Positions 10,271 to 21,478 of a stretch of 64,000 bases of DNA are shown one piece after another. Numbering within the stretch: position 1 is the stretch's first letter; every line of letters begins with the position of its first letter. The position numbers and the translations under genes were made by a program. Below the pieces are notes generated by a model. It was not told the origin of the DNA and did not search any database. It worked only from the letters and a program-made list of their open reading frames with translations. The stretch lies in the IMG/VR virus record IMGVR_UViG_3300050014_000823, positions 186,001 to 250,000 of that record. One strand, written 5' to 3'.

Positions 10271-12574
10271 CTAATAGCTTATGTTATAATATATGTATCG
10301 TTGATTATTATTGATGCTACTGATTTTTGCATTTTGCATCCAATATACTTTTTGTCCTTGCGTCCAAGGAGTATTTGTACCTGTTCCAGTATAATCAAGA
10401 CCCTGTACCAAGAAGTTAACTTGTGACTCACTTAAGTTCCACTGACCAGTTGTACCTGTTCCAAGTGGAAATGTTCCAGTATCACCTAATTGTTGAGTTC
10501 CACCAGTAACGGTATCACCAATATTGGTTATTTGAATATTCAATGAATAGTTTGTGAAATTCTTTCTATTGATAAACAAATAATTTATAAAACTATTCGA
10601 ACCAGTAATGCCTGTACAACCATTGATATAGAACGCATATTGTGAATAATTTAATGTTACACCCGATAAATTACCTGTCATATATATACAACCATTAAAA
10701 TCTGCAGAATATGTTCTATTAGTAAAATTAAAATCAGTTGCAATATTACTGGTTATTTTAGTACCATTTGCAAAAACTTGATACGGATTGGTCATTTTTA
10801 ACTGACCACCCAAATTAGTGCCGTCAATTCTTAAGTCAACATTATTAACATTCCATGCGCTTGTACTTCCAGACAATAATGAACAATTACTTAGTACAAT
10901 CTGATAAATTGTTGATGTACCTGTAAGCCAATTAGTCAAATCACCATGTAAATTTGGACAGTTGGTTGCATTAAAATTATAAACCTTACTTATATTCAAT
11001 TTTGATAAGTCTGAATAAAAATTATTATTGCTATATAAGGTTAGGTTGCTCATTTGATTATCAATAATAAAATTTGATAAATCACCAAATATTCCACCAA
11101 TATAACTGACATCAAATTGATTGATACTTTGTGTGTGAAAAACGCCAGCAGTTTTACCTGAATAATATGGTGTACTACTCAATGTAAATGTAACACCACT
11201 ATTACTATTCACACCCAATTGATATAATGTATTTGGTATTGTCATACCACTAACATCACCAGTTAAAAAATTTGTATCTAATGATAAGTATTGCAACTTG
11301 GGTGGAAGCACCAATAATTCTATGTTTCCCGTCACATACGTATTTCTAATTGTAATTGATGATGCGCTTAATGGTATTACAAAGGTACTGAGTGTTCCAT
11401 GCAATTTTGACCTTCCATAATAATTAAGAAAATTAATGCTCTGCATTTTTTCGTTGAAAACAAAATCGTTGATACTCATGTCGAGATTGTTCAACGCATA
11501 CATTGTCAAACTACTGAAATAGGTGAGACCACTATAATTCATGGGTATTGATGTTATGCCCGTACTGAAATATATTTGAAAATTTTGAAGTGTGCTTGGT
11601 AATGTCCATCCAGAAAGACTTCCAGAAAAATTGGAACTTGCAGGAAAATTATTTTGGTTGCCATATAACAAAAAATTACTAAGATGAGTATTACTAATGT
11701 CCCAATTTGATACATCGCCCCTTAAATATTGATTACTGTATAAATCAAACGAAGTCAATCCTGTATTAAACGTCCAACCACTTACATTACCAGTAATACC
11801 ATTTGAATTAAACAAATACCAATATATGTATTTTAACTTAGAAACATCCAAGGTCGTTGCATCGCCAGTAATTCCATAACATTCCTGTATGTATGAATAA
11901 ATTAAATTAGGACTATTGGTAATGATATCATTAAGACTTCCAGTTAGATAGCTATATAAATATGATAACACTAACCTTGTTAATTTAGTGAATCCATTAC
12001 CAAGATTTCCCGTGAAATGTGTATTAACCAATTCCAGGTCTTCGACATTATTAAGATTTGTAATTGTGTTAATATCACCCGACAAAGTATTATCAGCAAT
12101 ACGAAATGTACGAAGATTTTTAGGAAACACGCCATTAGTTATATCTTTATTAAAGGTTGTGTAATTGTAATAATTATTACCATTATAATTCAATATAACT
12201 GAATTCAAATTAGGAAATTGGTTCATGAATTTCAACAAATCACCAGCATAAGAATATCCATAATAAATATAATTATTGTATGGTTGAATTTTAGTAATTG
12301 CATCTAAATTACCTGAAAAATAAAAATTTTTATAACTACTTTCATTCGTTGCTTGCAATCCTTGATTCTGAAGACCATCATAATAAAATCTGTACTTCTG
12401 AGTACCCGCAGGTGTTTGATAATAAAAATTCACAGGATTACTCGGAGTCATACCTGTAAGTGTAAAACTCATTGAGTTACTATATAGCGAATTTAATCGT
12501 AAATACGAATCAACAATTTGTGCCTTAAACACACTGTCGCCATTTTTTAATATTCTACCGTCATTAATTAACAT
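10271..12574 (-). CDS. Leucine-rich-repeat protein, probable virion adhesin
   Basis: Many ~24-26-aa repeats of type LxxLxLxxxxxTGxIxx (e.g. LQYLSLDTNFLTGDVSG, LRTFRIADNTLSGDI); Asn/Ser/Thr-rich. Confidence 0.75.
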   Translation of the reverse strand: MLINDGRILKNGDSVFKAQIVDSYLRLNSLYSNSMSFTLTGMTPSNPVNFYYQTPAGTQKYRFYYDGLQNQGLQATNESSYKNFYFSGNLDAITKIQPYNNYIYYGYSYAGDLLKFMNQFPNLNSVILNYNGNNYYNYTTFNKDITNGVFPKNLRTFRIADNTLSGDINTITNLNNVEDLELVNTHFTGNLGNGFTKLTRLVLSYLYSYLTGSLNDIITNSPNLIYSYIQECYGITGDATTLDVSKLKYIYWYLFNSNGITGNVSGWTFNTGLTSFDLYSNQYLRGDVSNWDISNTHLSNFLLYGNQNNFPASSNFSGSLSGWTLPSTLQNFQIYFSTGITSIPMNYSGLTYFSSLTMYALNNLDMSINDFVFNEKMQSINFLNYYGRSKLHGTLSTFVIPLSASSITIRNTYVTGNIELLVLPPKLQYLSLDTNFLTGDVSGMTIPNTLYQLGVNSNSGVTFTLSSTPYYSGKTAGVFHTQSINQFDVSYIGGIFGDLSNFIIDNQMSNLTLYSNNNFYSDLSKLNISKVYNFNATNCPNLHGDLTNWLTGTSTIYQIVLSNCSLLSGSTSAWNVNNVDLRIDGTNLGGQLKMTNPYQVFANGTKITSNIATDFNFTNRTYSADFNGCIYMTGNLSGVTLNYSQYAFYINGCTGITGSNSFINYLFINRKNFTNYSLNIQITNIGDTVTGGTQQLGDTGTFPLGTGTTGQWNLSESQVNFLVQGLDYTGTGTNTPWTQGQKVYWMQNAKISSINNNQRYIYYNISY

Positions 12575-12582
12575 AGTATATT

Positions 12583-14772
12583 TTAATAAACAAATCCTTC
12601 AACTAATAAATGTGCGCAAAGTGGATTTACACTTGTTGAACAACATCCAACTCTGAAAAATATATCAACACCACAAGTATCTGGAACACCTTGATGTCTT
12701 GTACTTAAATCCAACTCATATGTTTCATTCGTCAAAACATCTGAAATTTGTTGTAAGTTAGCTAAATTATTCATTGAAAGGCTTGGGTCTCCCGGACAAC
12801 AGTTGTTACCAATGCTTACAGAGAAACATGTTGGAGAAGCATTACATAATATTATGAGTTTTGCACGGTTAAGTAATGCAACTTTGCCGGATGGTATACT
12901 AAATATTAAAGTATCTCCGACATTCTTCAAGTTAATATCTCTAACCACAATATAGTTTGGAACTGTAACACATGTTCCAACATCAGTTTGCATTATTGTT
13001 TGAGTGGGATATGCAAATTTCTGTCCAGTGTACAATATTTCGGATGTTGAACTAACCCATTCATTAATGATTGGAACTTGTTTAATTAATGTGCTTCCTG
13101 TGTCCCACACTAAACCTTGTGTTGCAGTTGCGCCATTTGGCACATGTACTACCGCCAAGCAAGCATCAAGTTTAACTGATTGATTTACAAAATCACCACA
13201 TATTAATGTGCAACTTGCACAGTTTGCAATGTGTAGTTTACTTGAACCAGTTTCATTATAACCAGCACATACACCAATCGCAATGTTATTACACCCACAT
13301 ATATTATTTTTAAGTGTCTGATTACCAATTCCAATATTAAAAGTACCACCAGTTATATATTTTAGTGATTGAGAACCAATTGCAATATTATCTATTCCAG
13401 AAACATTACATTGTAGTGCTTGTATACCAATTCCAATATTATCATAACCATCAACATTACATGTCATCGAATTTATACCAATTGCAATGTTTGAATCACC
13501 AATTGTATTTGCGCATAATGCTTGATATCCGAGAGCAATATTATAATTTGCAATAGTATTATTACCCAATGTATTAAAACCTAACCCAATATTGTATTGT
13601 CCACTAAGATTTTGTGTCATTGATGTTTGACCTAAAGCAATATTATTTCCTCCGCTTGTATTACTACAAAGCGATTGACAACCAATTCCAATGTTATTAG
13701 TACCACCAGTATTGAAATAAAGTGCTCTATATCCAATTCCAATATTATCATATCCTGTAGTATTATAAAAAAGTGATTGATAACCAACACCAATATTCTG
13801 ATAACCACTACTATTAGTACTAAGTGCAAATGAACCAAGTGCTACGTTACCAAATCCATTTATGTTACTATTAAGTGCAATTGTACCAACAGCAGTATTA
13901 TCATATCCACTAACGTTAGCACTAAGTGCTTCATATCCAAATGCGGTATTTTGACTACTTGTATTACTTTTAAGTGCAAATGAGCCAACAGCAGTATTAC
14001 TATTACCAATTATAACAGACATAAGAGCACATGCACCAATAGCTACGTTTCCCGTACCTGTTGTTGTATTAGTACCCGCAGATACACCAAAATAAGTATT
14101 ATCACATAAAGTACTACCGCTTATTGGTGTTCCACAACCTGCAACAGTTGAGCCATTAAGTGCATTAGACCAACCAATTCCACCACCAGTTGAACCTGTT
14201 GGTATGTGAGTATCCACATATTCTTTATCGACCAATGAACGATTTGTAAAGTCTGCACTATAATCTGTAACATATTCAATACCTGGGAAATTAACACCCG
14301 AAGCACCTGCTTTAATTGTGCCGCCACTAAATGACATATAACCACTAAAACTACAACCACCAAGTTTTCTTGATGCAAGTGATATATACGGACTTCCACC
14401 GGGGTTACCGTTAATGTATAATGTTGCTTCGCATCCACAGACGTTAGGTATATCGGTTGATATTGCAAGCGAATATGCATTAGTTCCTAAATCAAGAGAA
14501 GTATTTCCTGTTAATGTTCCACCTAATATGATATTTGCACCACTTGTACTTAAACCATTTGTACCACCTGTAATACTTCCACCGCCACCGCCAAGTGAAC
14601 ATATTGTCACAGTGTTAGCCTGACTTGTCATGACTATGCCTGTTCCTGCAGACAATGATTTAAATTGTAGGTTATTTCCGTTATTCTTACCGGAAAATAT
14701 CTGTGCACCACTACCTAGATTTTGACCTGTTGTTGTATTACCAACCAAATTTATATTTGACCTATTACCCAT
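12583..14772 (-). CDS. Tail-fibre/adhesin-like protein with a YadA/Hep-Hag-like beta-roll
   Basis: Long run of 14-aa NxAxGxxALxxNxxG repeats; TGGTNGL..LGGTLTGNT module. Confidence 0.75.
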   Translation of the reverse strand: MGNRSNINLVGNTTTGQNLGSGAQIFSGKNNGNNLQFKSLSAGTGIVMTSQANTVTICSLGGGGGSITGGTNGLSTSGANIILGGTLTGNTSLDLGTNAYSLAISTDIPNVCGCEATLYINGNPGGSPYISLASRKLGGCSFSGYMSFSGGTIKAGASGVNFPGIEYVTDYSADFTNRSLVDKEYVDTHIPTGSTGGGIGWSNALNGSTVAGCGTPISGSTLCDNTYFGVSAGTNTTTGTGNVAIGACALMSVIIGNSNTAVGSFALKSNTSSQNTAFGYEALSANVSGYDNTAVGTIALNSNINGFGNVALGSFALSTNSSGYQNIGVGYQSLFYNTTGYDNIGIGYRALYFNTGGTNNIGIGCQSLCSNTSGGNNIALGQTSMTQNLSGQYNIGLGFNTLGNNTIANYNIALGYQALCANTIGDSNIAIGINSMTCNVDGYDNIGIGIQALQCNVSGIDNIAIGSQSLKYITGGTFNIGIGNQTLKNNICGCNNIAIGVCAGYNETGSSKLHIANCASCTLICGDFVNQSVKLDACLAVVHVPNGATATQGLVWDTGSTLIKQVPIINEWVSSTSEILYTGQKFAYPTQTIMQTDVGTCVTVPNYIVVRDINLKNVGDTLIFSIPSGKVALLNRAKLIILCNASPTCFSVSIGNNCCPGDPSLSMNNLANLQQISDVLTNETYELDLSTRHQGVPDTCGVDIFFRVGCCSTSVNPLCAHLLVEGFVY

Positions 14773-14798
14773 TTTATTTTACTATTATATAAATACTA

Positions 14799-16901
14799 TT
14801 AAGATATTATTAAAATTTTAAATTCTTGACCATTTGCAGGTGGAGAATCGAATGTTACACAAACACAATTAGCGTTTGGTCTCTGTACGTTTGTGTAGAT
14901 TGTATCGTATGGACTACTACCTCTCACTACTTCAACTGCAACAAATTGTTTACCTTTGGCATGATTAATTGTAAATCCGGTTGCAGTGCTATTACCTGTA
15001 ATTGTAAATTCTGATAGTGATGAACCACCAGTTGCACCACTTACATATGGTACTTTATGAACTTGACATGTTCCAGAATCCCAAACCAATACACTATCAC
15101 TGCAAGTACCGTCTACAATATACCCAGATATATATGGTGAACCACAAAGTAGTACACAATTACCCTTTATCATCGAGATATTGTTGCAAGAATTAAGACT
15201 TAACTCTGCACAATTCATCATATTAACACAATATGCAGCAGATGGATAAGAAAGACACGTGTACATTGCATTTGCACCACATGTTGGTATTACGCATGTC
15301 ATTACGCTTGTAGTGTCAATATTAATTAACGGTGGGTCATTAAATGCCATTGGTTGACGTGCTGCACTTAAAATCACACGATTATATTCATGACAGCCAT
15401 CAAAAAGTAAACAACCACTATTACCCGATATATGAAACGAATATCCGTCAGTATTAGTAATATAAGTATTTCCAGTTAATGCGCCACCAAGAGCAATATT
15501 CTGACCAACTTTAGTAAGACCATTATTTGCTGTCGAAACACTTGTACCACCAGTAATCTGTGATATAACCCAACCCTTATTTACTAACGAACAATTGCTA
15601 AAATGAGCACTATAGTCTGCACAATATTCAATACCTGCAAAATTAGTCCATGTACCCTCAACACAAATAGCAGCAGCATTTTGGCAAATACATGTCTTAT
15701 CACCACAACCATTATCTGATAATAAAATAATTCCACCTGTTGAAAGATATATCTGACCTTGATTTAAATGATAACAAGTATATAAATTTATGCTTGGATT
15801 AGTAAGTTCAATACTACTACAATATTCTGTGGTTGGGGTATAATTGCATCTATATGTTTTTAATGTTAAATAACCTGCAGATTCACTAATACATCCGTAT
15901 TGCCTGCTACTATAGCCATCATCACCCAATTGAATTATCTTTGTTCCACCATAACAAGCATCTACACACAATTCAGCAGTATTGATACCATTATAGCCAG
16001 CATTATTAAATTTACTCCAAAGTCTACATTTATCCACACATAAAAAACGCTGATTACTATAATCATCATATCCATATAAAAATACCGATGGAGTTATAGT
16101 TAAGCCATTGTTACAACCAAGTGTTGAACCTGTTACAATGAAATTTCCAGCATCCGTATTAATTGAAGTGTTGCCTGTTAATGCACCACCAAGAACAACA
16201 ATTTTATCACTAAGAGTTAAACCGTTTGTTGCACCTGTAACATCACCGCCACCACCTTCAGGAACAGCAGTACTTAAAGCACCTAAACCATCTATATATA
16301 AAACACAAGTTGCTGTTGTTTTTGCAGGTAAACCATTAAAAGTAACCGCACTTGGGGTCATTTGTATACTCGTATAACATGCTGTGGAATAATTACAAGC
16401 ACTAAAATAGTTACAACCCTGTGAAGCACAAATCATTGCACCTATAGTTTCTGGAGTAGAAATAACACCGGATAAATATGCTTGTACTGAATCCACATAC
16501 ATTTCACCGCTATTATTACCATCATAATTAGATATATCAACATAATTATTAGCAACAGTAAAATAATTGTTACCAGAAGTATCGGTGAAACAAATGCAAC
16601 CACTATCAGTATTAATACCAGTATTACCTGTTAATGTTCCACCCAATATAATATTCTGTCCCGATTTGCTCAGACCATTTGTTGCACCAGTAATACCTGC
16701 AAAATTCTGCCAAGTAGCATTACCGTTTTCATCAGAAGCCAAGTACTTACCAAGACCTGCTTGTGGACATATGTGTAGTGTTGCACCACATTCAACAGTA
16801 AAATCACCATAAATTGCAGTACAACCCGATAAATAAAGTGAATCACCTGCTAACTGTTCAAACTTGCAATTACTTAGGTTGGGTTTTGTATCAATTGACA
16901 T
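14799..16901 (-). CDS. Cys-rich fibre-like virion protein
   Basis: Three NGL..LGGxLTGNT modules; N-terminal KPNLS..KFEQ..G..L.LSG motif shared with paralogs. Confidence 0.7.
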   Translation of the reverse strand: MSIDTKPNLSNCKFEQLAGDSLYLSGCTAIYGDFTVECGATLHICPQAGLGKYLASDENGNATWQNFAGITGATNGLSKSGQNIILGGTLTGNTGINTDSGCICFTDTSGNNYFTVANNYVDISNYDGNNSGEMYVDSVQAYLSGVISTPETIGAMICASQGCNYFSACNYSTACYTSIQMTPSAVTFNGLPAKTTATCVLYIDGLGALSTAVPEGGGGDVTGATNGLTLSDKIVVLGGALTGNTSINTDAGNFIVTGSTLGCNNGLTITPSVFLYGYDDYSNQRFLCVDKCRLWSKFNNAGYNGINTAELCVDACYGGTKIIQLGDDGYSSRQYGCISESAGYLTLKTYRCNYTPTTEYCSSIELTNPSINLYTCYHLNQGQIYLSTGGIILLSDNGCGDKTCICQNAAAICVEGTWTNFAGIEYCADYSAHFSNCSLVNKGWVISQITGGTSVSTANNGLTKVGQNIALGGALTGNTYITNTDGYSFHISGNSGCLLFDGCHEYNRVILSAARQPMAFNDPPLINIDTTSVMTCVIPTCGANAMYTCLSYPSAAYCVNMMNCAELSLNSCNNISMIKGNCVLLCGSPYISGYIVDGTCSDSVLVWDSGTCQVHKVPYVSGATGGSSLSEFTITGNSTATGFTINHAKGKQFVAVEVVRGSSPYDTIYTNVQRPNANCVCVTFDSPPANGQEFKILIIS

Positions 16902-17001
16902 AACTTCTTATCTTATTTAAGATAAATACTTAAAAACACAGACTTAATCCATTAGGCATAGAAAAAATAAAACCCACTGAAATTGTGAGTCTTAATTACA
17001 A

Positions 17002-17733
17002 TTAAAATGTTGGTGCTTGTGCGTCTAACCATGTGCACGTACCACCAATTTGAAAATCACTTGTGCTACCCGGAACACAACTTACTCCAACTATCTGTAT
17101 TTGACCACGTGAAAGACCACTGCCATTTACTGTACATGCAGATACCCCAACACAATAATCATCACCCAAACCTACAACAACATTATATTGACAATAACAA
17201 ACGCCAGTTCCAGGTGTTGCAAGTAAAGTAAATGGATTTGGATTGAAAATGTGTGAATCAGCATATGCACCACCCCAATCACCCGCATCTGCTTGAGCAG
17301 TCATGCCAAAGCATAAATTATAACAATCGCCAAGTTCTAATGGTGTACTTGGACACACATACGCACATATATAACAATAACATTGGTCACCAGAAGAAGT
17401 GCTACATATCTCAAAATTAATGTACTTAACCGTAGGCGGTAAAGTAGTTGTAGAGGTTGTCGTACTCGTAGTAGAAGTACTTGTTGTCGTAGTTGTCGGT
17501 GGTAAAGTAGTTGTAGTTGTTGTCGTAGTGGTAGTCGTTGTAGTAGTGGTAGTTGTTGGTGTATTCCAATTTCTGAAATTCAACATACTGTTGCAGCTTC
17601 CACCATAAGTAGGGTCAAAGCCACCACATGCAACAGCAGAATTCCTTGCAGCCAATAAATCATTTGACGGTGGAACTACTGCTGCGATAACATCAGTAAG
17701 GCAGAATGTCGTATTATTGGGTACACTTCCCAT
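17002..17733 (-). CDS. Thr-rich mucin-like, Cys-rich virion protein
   Basis: ~40-residue Thr/Ser/Pro tract between an N-terminal domain and a Cys-rich C-terminal domain. Confidence 0.7.
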   Translation of the reverse strand: MGSVPNNTTFCLTDVIAAVVPPSNDLLAARNSAVACGGFDPTYGGSCNSMLNFRNWNTPTTTTTTTTTTTTTTTTTLPPTTTTTSTSTTSTTTSTTTLPPTVKYINFEICSTSSGDQCYCYICAYVCPSTPLELGDCYNLCFGMTAQADAGDWGGAYADSHIFNPNPFTLLATPGTGVCYCQYNVVVGLGDDYCVGVSACTVNGSGLSRGQIQIVGVSCVPGSTSDFQIGGTCTWLDAQAPTF

Positions 17734-19685
17734 TATCCTAATCTATTTTCCAGTTCAGCAACTTTATTTTTTAAGTATGCAAGTTCCTTAAACACGAAGT
17801 CCATTTGTGCAATGGTTAACATACCATCAGCACCAACTCTCACTAACTCAGGATTTACTTTTTGTAGGTCTTGAGCAATAACACCATATCTAATTTGATT
17901 TGGCTCAGAAATTAACTCATATTGTTTATACTCGACATTAATTGGAGATATACTTATTGGTTCTATGCAAGTTTTTAACCTACAGTCAGAACTTAAAATA
18001 AAGTTTGATGCTGTTATTGTTGAACTTGCACATACTTGACCACACATACATATTAAGCCACTTGCACCACCGCTTACACCTGCACCAGATTTAATCATAA
18101 CATCACCACCAGCTTTAGGTGTTCCACCAATACCATCAACAGCATAGCCACCACAAATAAATATACTACCCCCCGCACCCGCATATCCTATTGCACCATA
18201 TCCAACTCCACCACAAATACACATTGTAGTTGCATCAGTAAAGGCAGTACCACCACCCTGTCCACATATTCTTGAACCTGAAGGTAATGTTAATGTGTTT
18301 GTTGTAAAAGCAAACCCATTACAAAATAGACCAGATGGACCAATGTAGTTGTTTGGTGCAATTATATAATTTGATGCACCTGCCCCTTTAGGAGTTATAA
18401 ATATGCTAATGTCGGTAGAAGTTCCTGCAGGACAAATATATGCATTACCAACACCCGCTTGTGTTGGACTTCCCATTATAAGATAGTTAGTACTACCATT
18501 CTTTGCTGCAATAAACACACAATTATTGTCAGCAGCCTGAATTGTCAAACAACCGTTATTACATAAAACATTACTCGTAAAAGTAGCCGTTGTATTGCAA
18601 ACATTATTTCCTGTTGCATTAAAAACAGTAAGGCGATTCGCAGTACCACTCATTGAAGATGTAGTGTTCGCTGTTACCCAACGTTTTACCCAATCAACAT
18701 CAGGAATACTGCGACAATTTGCATTAAATTTTGTACAATAATCAGCAGTATATAGCATACCAGAATTTCCTACGCCACCACCCACAGTAACATAAATTGC
18801 ATCAGGTCTAACAGTAAAATCATTTGAGCAAACACCGTTTGTTGAAGTAAATTGTGCCGTTCCACTTGCTGTTATAGAACCAGTCCACCCAAGTCCCGTT
18901 TGTACTCCACATCCCAAAAATCCACCACAACGAACACTCATGCTACCACAACAACTATTAAAGATTGAGCACATTGTCAAGTCATTTCCTGTTCCACTTG
19001 CATAAAGCAGTGCATGTCCGGTAATTGTACCACCAAGACAAACATTAGCACTATCATATTTACAAACACCATTTGTTGCGCCAGTTAAAGTACCGCTTCC
19101 ACCACTACCACCAGAAGTTATATAATATCCCGGATATGGAAGTACCCAACCCGTTGAAGTTGAAGTAGCAATTAATACAGATTTATCTATTTGTCCCGGT
19201 GTCGAAGGTTCAGTTGTTGTCAACAGACCTGCAACACTTGGACTTAAAAAGTACGTGCAATTCGCAACTAATCCCGTTAATCCTGTTACATATCCTGCTT
19301 GTGTCAAATCAAAGCAATTGGCATTATAACATTTGCTTACTATGCCTAAAACTTCGCCATTATATGCACCATTTGCTATTGGCTTACTATACACCCCACT
19401 ACCGAAGCCAATTACATCACCACAATTAAATCCATGTGATGTTTGATTTATTAATTTTGTAAGACTTTCACCTTTAGCAACTTCCCAAGTACCAATGCCT
19501 GAAGCATTTGATACCCATGCCTTTCCTTGCCCTGCACCATAAGAAGCACTAAATCCTGTTGGACCACAGATTTTTAATTGACCACAGATTACTGTCTGAC
19601 CAGATAAATGTATTGAATGACCGGGAAATTGGTCGAAGTGGCAATCGTCCCAATTTTGTTTTGTATCTAATTCTGCTGTTGACAT
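17733..19685 (-). CDS. Tail fibre/spike protein with a C-terminal intramolecular chaperone (peptidase S74-like)
   Basis: C-terminal SSDCRLKTCIEPI...YGVIAQDLQKVNPELV plus coiled coil; start moved to MSTAELDTK at 19685, below the late motif and terminator. Confidence 0.8.
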   Translation of the reverse strand: MSTAELDTKQNWDDCHFDQFPGHSIHLSGQTVICGQLKICGPTGFSASYGAGQGKAWVSNASGIGTWEVAKGESLTKLINQTSHGFNCGDVIGFGSGVYSKPIANGAYNGEVLGIVSKCYNANCFDLTQAGYVTGLTGLVANCTYFLSPSVAGLLTTTEPSTPGQIDKSVLIATSTSTGWVLPYPGYYITSGGSGGSGTLTGATNGVCKYDSANVCLGGTITGHALLYASGTGNDLTMCSIFNSCCGSMSVRCGGFLGCGVQTGLGWTGSITASGTAQFTSTNGVCSNDFTVRPDAIYVTVGGGVGNSGMLYTADYCTKFNANCRSIPDVDWVKRWVTANTTSSMSGTANRLTVFNATGNNVCNTTATFTSNVLCNNGCLTIQAADNNCVFIAAKNGSTNYLIMGSPTQAGVGNAYICPAGTSTDISIFITPKGAGASNYIIAPNNYIGPSGLFCNGFAFTTNTLTLPSGSRICGQGGGTAFTDATTMCICGGVGYGAIGYAGAGGSIFICGGYAVDGIGGTPKAGGDVMIKSGAGVSGGASGLICMCGQVCASSTITASNFILSSDCRLKTCIEPISISPINVEYKQYELISEPNQIRYGVIAQDLQKVNPELVRVGADGMLTIAQMDFVFKELAYLKNKVAELENRLG

Positions 19686-19721
19686 ATTAATATTTTCTAA
19701 TAAATACTTTAGAAAGGCAAT

Positions 19722-19749
19722 AAAAAAACCCATCGAATTCGATGGGTTT
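19722..19749 (-). terminator. Rho-independent terminator
   Basis: Perfect inverted repeat aaacccatcg-aatt-cgatgggttt with a U-tract on the minus strand. Confidence 0.8.
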
Positions 19750-19773
19750 CCTTAAAACTAAAAACTATGGCAA

Positions 19774-20685
19774 TTATTTCTGCTTGTTTACGGCTTCAAT
19801 AATCTTGTTTATGTCAAACAGGTTGACAGTATCATATGGGAAAGCCTGGATTTGCCCACTAATATCGAATTGCTCCAAGTATGAGAACTTGTTAAGTTCA
19901 TTTATATACTGTGCATTTGGAAGTACATTTATATGTTCCGGATAACCAAAAACTTCCGGCTTATTACCAATCCAAACAACGGTTGATTGCAGGTCGAGAG
20001 CTGCAGCGACATGTTGGCTGAAACTATCTATGAAAAGTCTCTTTGTACTCAAAGGAAACACCGCATATAATTCTCTATATGGCAAGTTAAGCATTTCTAC
20101 TCCTTGTAAAACAGGTTGCTCTGGGGACTTAATATGAAGTATACGGTAAGATTTACTGAAATAATTCACGAGTTTCTGTGCAATCTCAACTGGCATATCC
20201 CTAAACCAAGATTTCTTTGAGTATTGCCCCGTAGGACTGCCACCATGCGTTTGTAATAACATGATTGGTCTGTTATCAGGTTTAATCTTATCTCTCGCTA
20301 TTTCGAGTTCTCTGGGGTTTATATAGATTTTTGGTTTATAACCATCATAAGGAATTTTATACATATCACACCAACTTTGAGTCAAATGTTTTCTCTGTAG
20401 GATATGGTCTTCGGTGTGATAAACCTCTTGTCTGAATATTTTTGTTGTCGGTCTAATGAAATCTGCGAAAAAATATTGCATCTGACCAAAGGTATAAAAT
20501 CTGAATACATCTGGGTTGTAAAAGAACGGACCATCCCAAGCAGTTACAACAATTATTTTATAATCAGGGTATGCCTTTTTAATTGCACGAATAACTGCAA
20601 CACTCATAACTTGCTTACCATGACCACCTTCCGTATGAAAAATTATATATTTATCATCGTCTCTTATTTTATCATCTGTTACCAT
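19774..20685 (-). CDS. GT-B glycosyltransferase, GT9 (heptosyltransferase)-like
   Basis: GGHGKQVM...IRAIKKAYPDYKIIV N-terminal motif; C-terminal FIDSFSQHVAAAL...VVW...FGY typical of GT9. Confidence 0.7.
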   Translation of the reverse strand: MVTDDKIRDDDKYIIFHTEGGHGKQVMSVAVIRAIKKAYPDYKIIVVTAWDGPFFYNPDVFRFYTFGQMQYFFADFIRPTTKIFRQEVYHTEDHILQRKHLTQSWCDMYKIPYDGYKPKIYINPRELEIARDKIKPDNRPIMLLQTHGGSPTGQYSKKSWFRDMPVEIAQKLVNYFSKSYRILHIKSPEQPVLQGVEMLNLPYRELYAVFPLSTKRLFIDSFSQHVAAALDLQSTVVWIGNKPEVFGYPEHINVLPNAQYINELNKFSYLEQFDISGQIQAFPYDTVNLFDINKIIEAVNKQK

Positions 20686-20709
20686 AATTTTGAATTTTTA
20701 TATTAATTA

Positions 20710-21417
20710 TTATTTATATTCCCAACAAAAACCACCAGCGTGCTTTCTCTCTTTTTTTAAGCAATGATTTATATTTGGTTGAAAAATGCTTGTTATTGCC
20801 GATGCTTCCTTTTGACTTTTATATTCTTTAATAAAATCACCACTTTTAGATAATTGTATTATTGGTATGTTGTCTTTTTTTGTTTCTTTAAACACAAACG
20901 AATTTGCTTTTTCTTCGGACGAAAATAAATACGTGCTCCTATATGATTTTTTTCCTCTTTGGTCGATTACTTTTGAAATTATATCAGCACTAACACCATA
21001 TGTATTTGCAACTTCATTAACAGAATCATATCTTTTTAAAAATTTACCTTCTTCGGAATATTGATAAACAGGTTTTAAGTAAGTACAACCACCATCACCA
21101 CCATCAGTTAAATTTGTCAATTTAATTCCCTCATTTCTGTACTTTTGTATGTAATATCTTTCTAATCTTTCATGCTCACATATCTTCAATTTATTATTGT
21201 ATTCGTGCTCACATTCATCAAGTATTTTAATTTCCGGTTTTAATCCTAATGCAAGTATTTTATTAATGACATTATCTTTATGTGTGTTCTTTTCTCTTTT
21301 CTTACCATTCGTATTTAAATGCTCATGAAATCTTTTATTTAAGTCATTAGCAAATCCAACATAAAAAATACTGTCATTTCTTGGGTCAATCAATCCGTAA
21401 ATGTAAACAACTGCCAT
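20710..21417 (-). CDS. GIY-YIG homing endonuclease with NUMOD1-like DNA-binding repeats
   Basis: VYIYGLIDPRNDSIFYVG...R..EH...E...TNLTDGGDG; two PV.QY...G.F...Y.S..EA repeats. Confidence 0.85.
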   Translation of the reverse strand: MAVVYIYGLIDPRNDSIFYVGFANDLNKRFHEHLNTNGKKREKNTHKDNVINKILALGLKPEIKILDECEHEYNNKLKICEHERLERYYIQKYRNEGIKLTNLTDGGDGGCTYLKPVYQYSEEGKFLKRYDSVNEVANTYGVSADIISKVIDQRGKKSYRSTYLFSSEEKANSFVFKETKKDNIPIIQLSKSGDFIKEYKSQKEASAITSIFQPNINHCLKKERKHAGGFCWEYK

Positions 21418-21478
21418 ATTATAATTTTTTATACTTTTTTATAAATACGAGAAAAAATCAGAAAATCTATATTTATAT

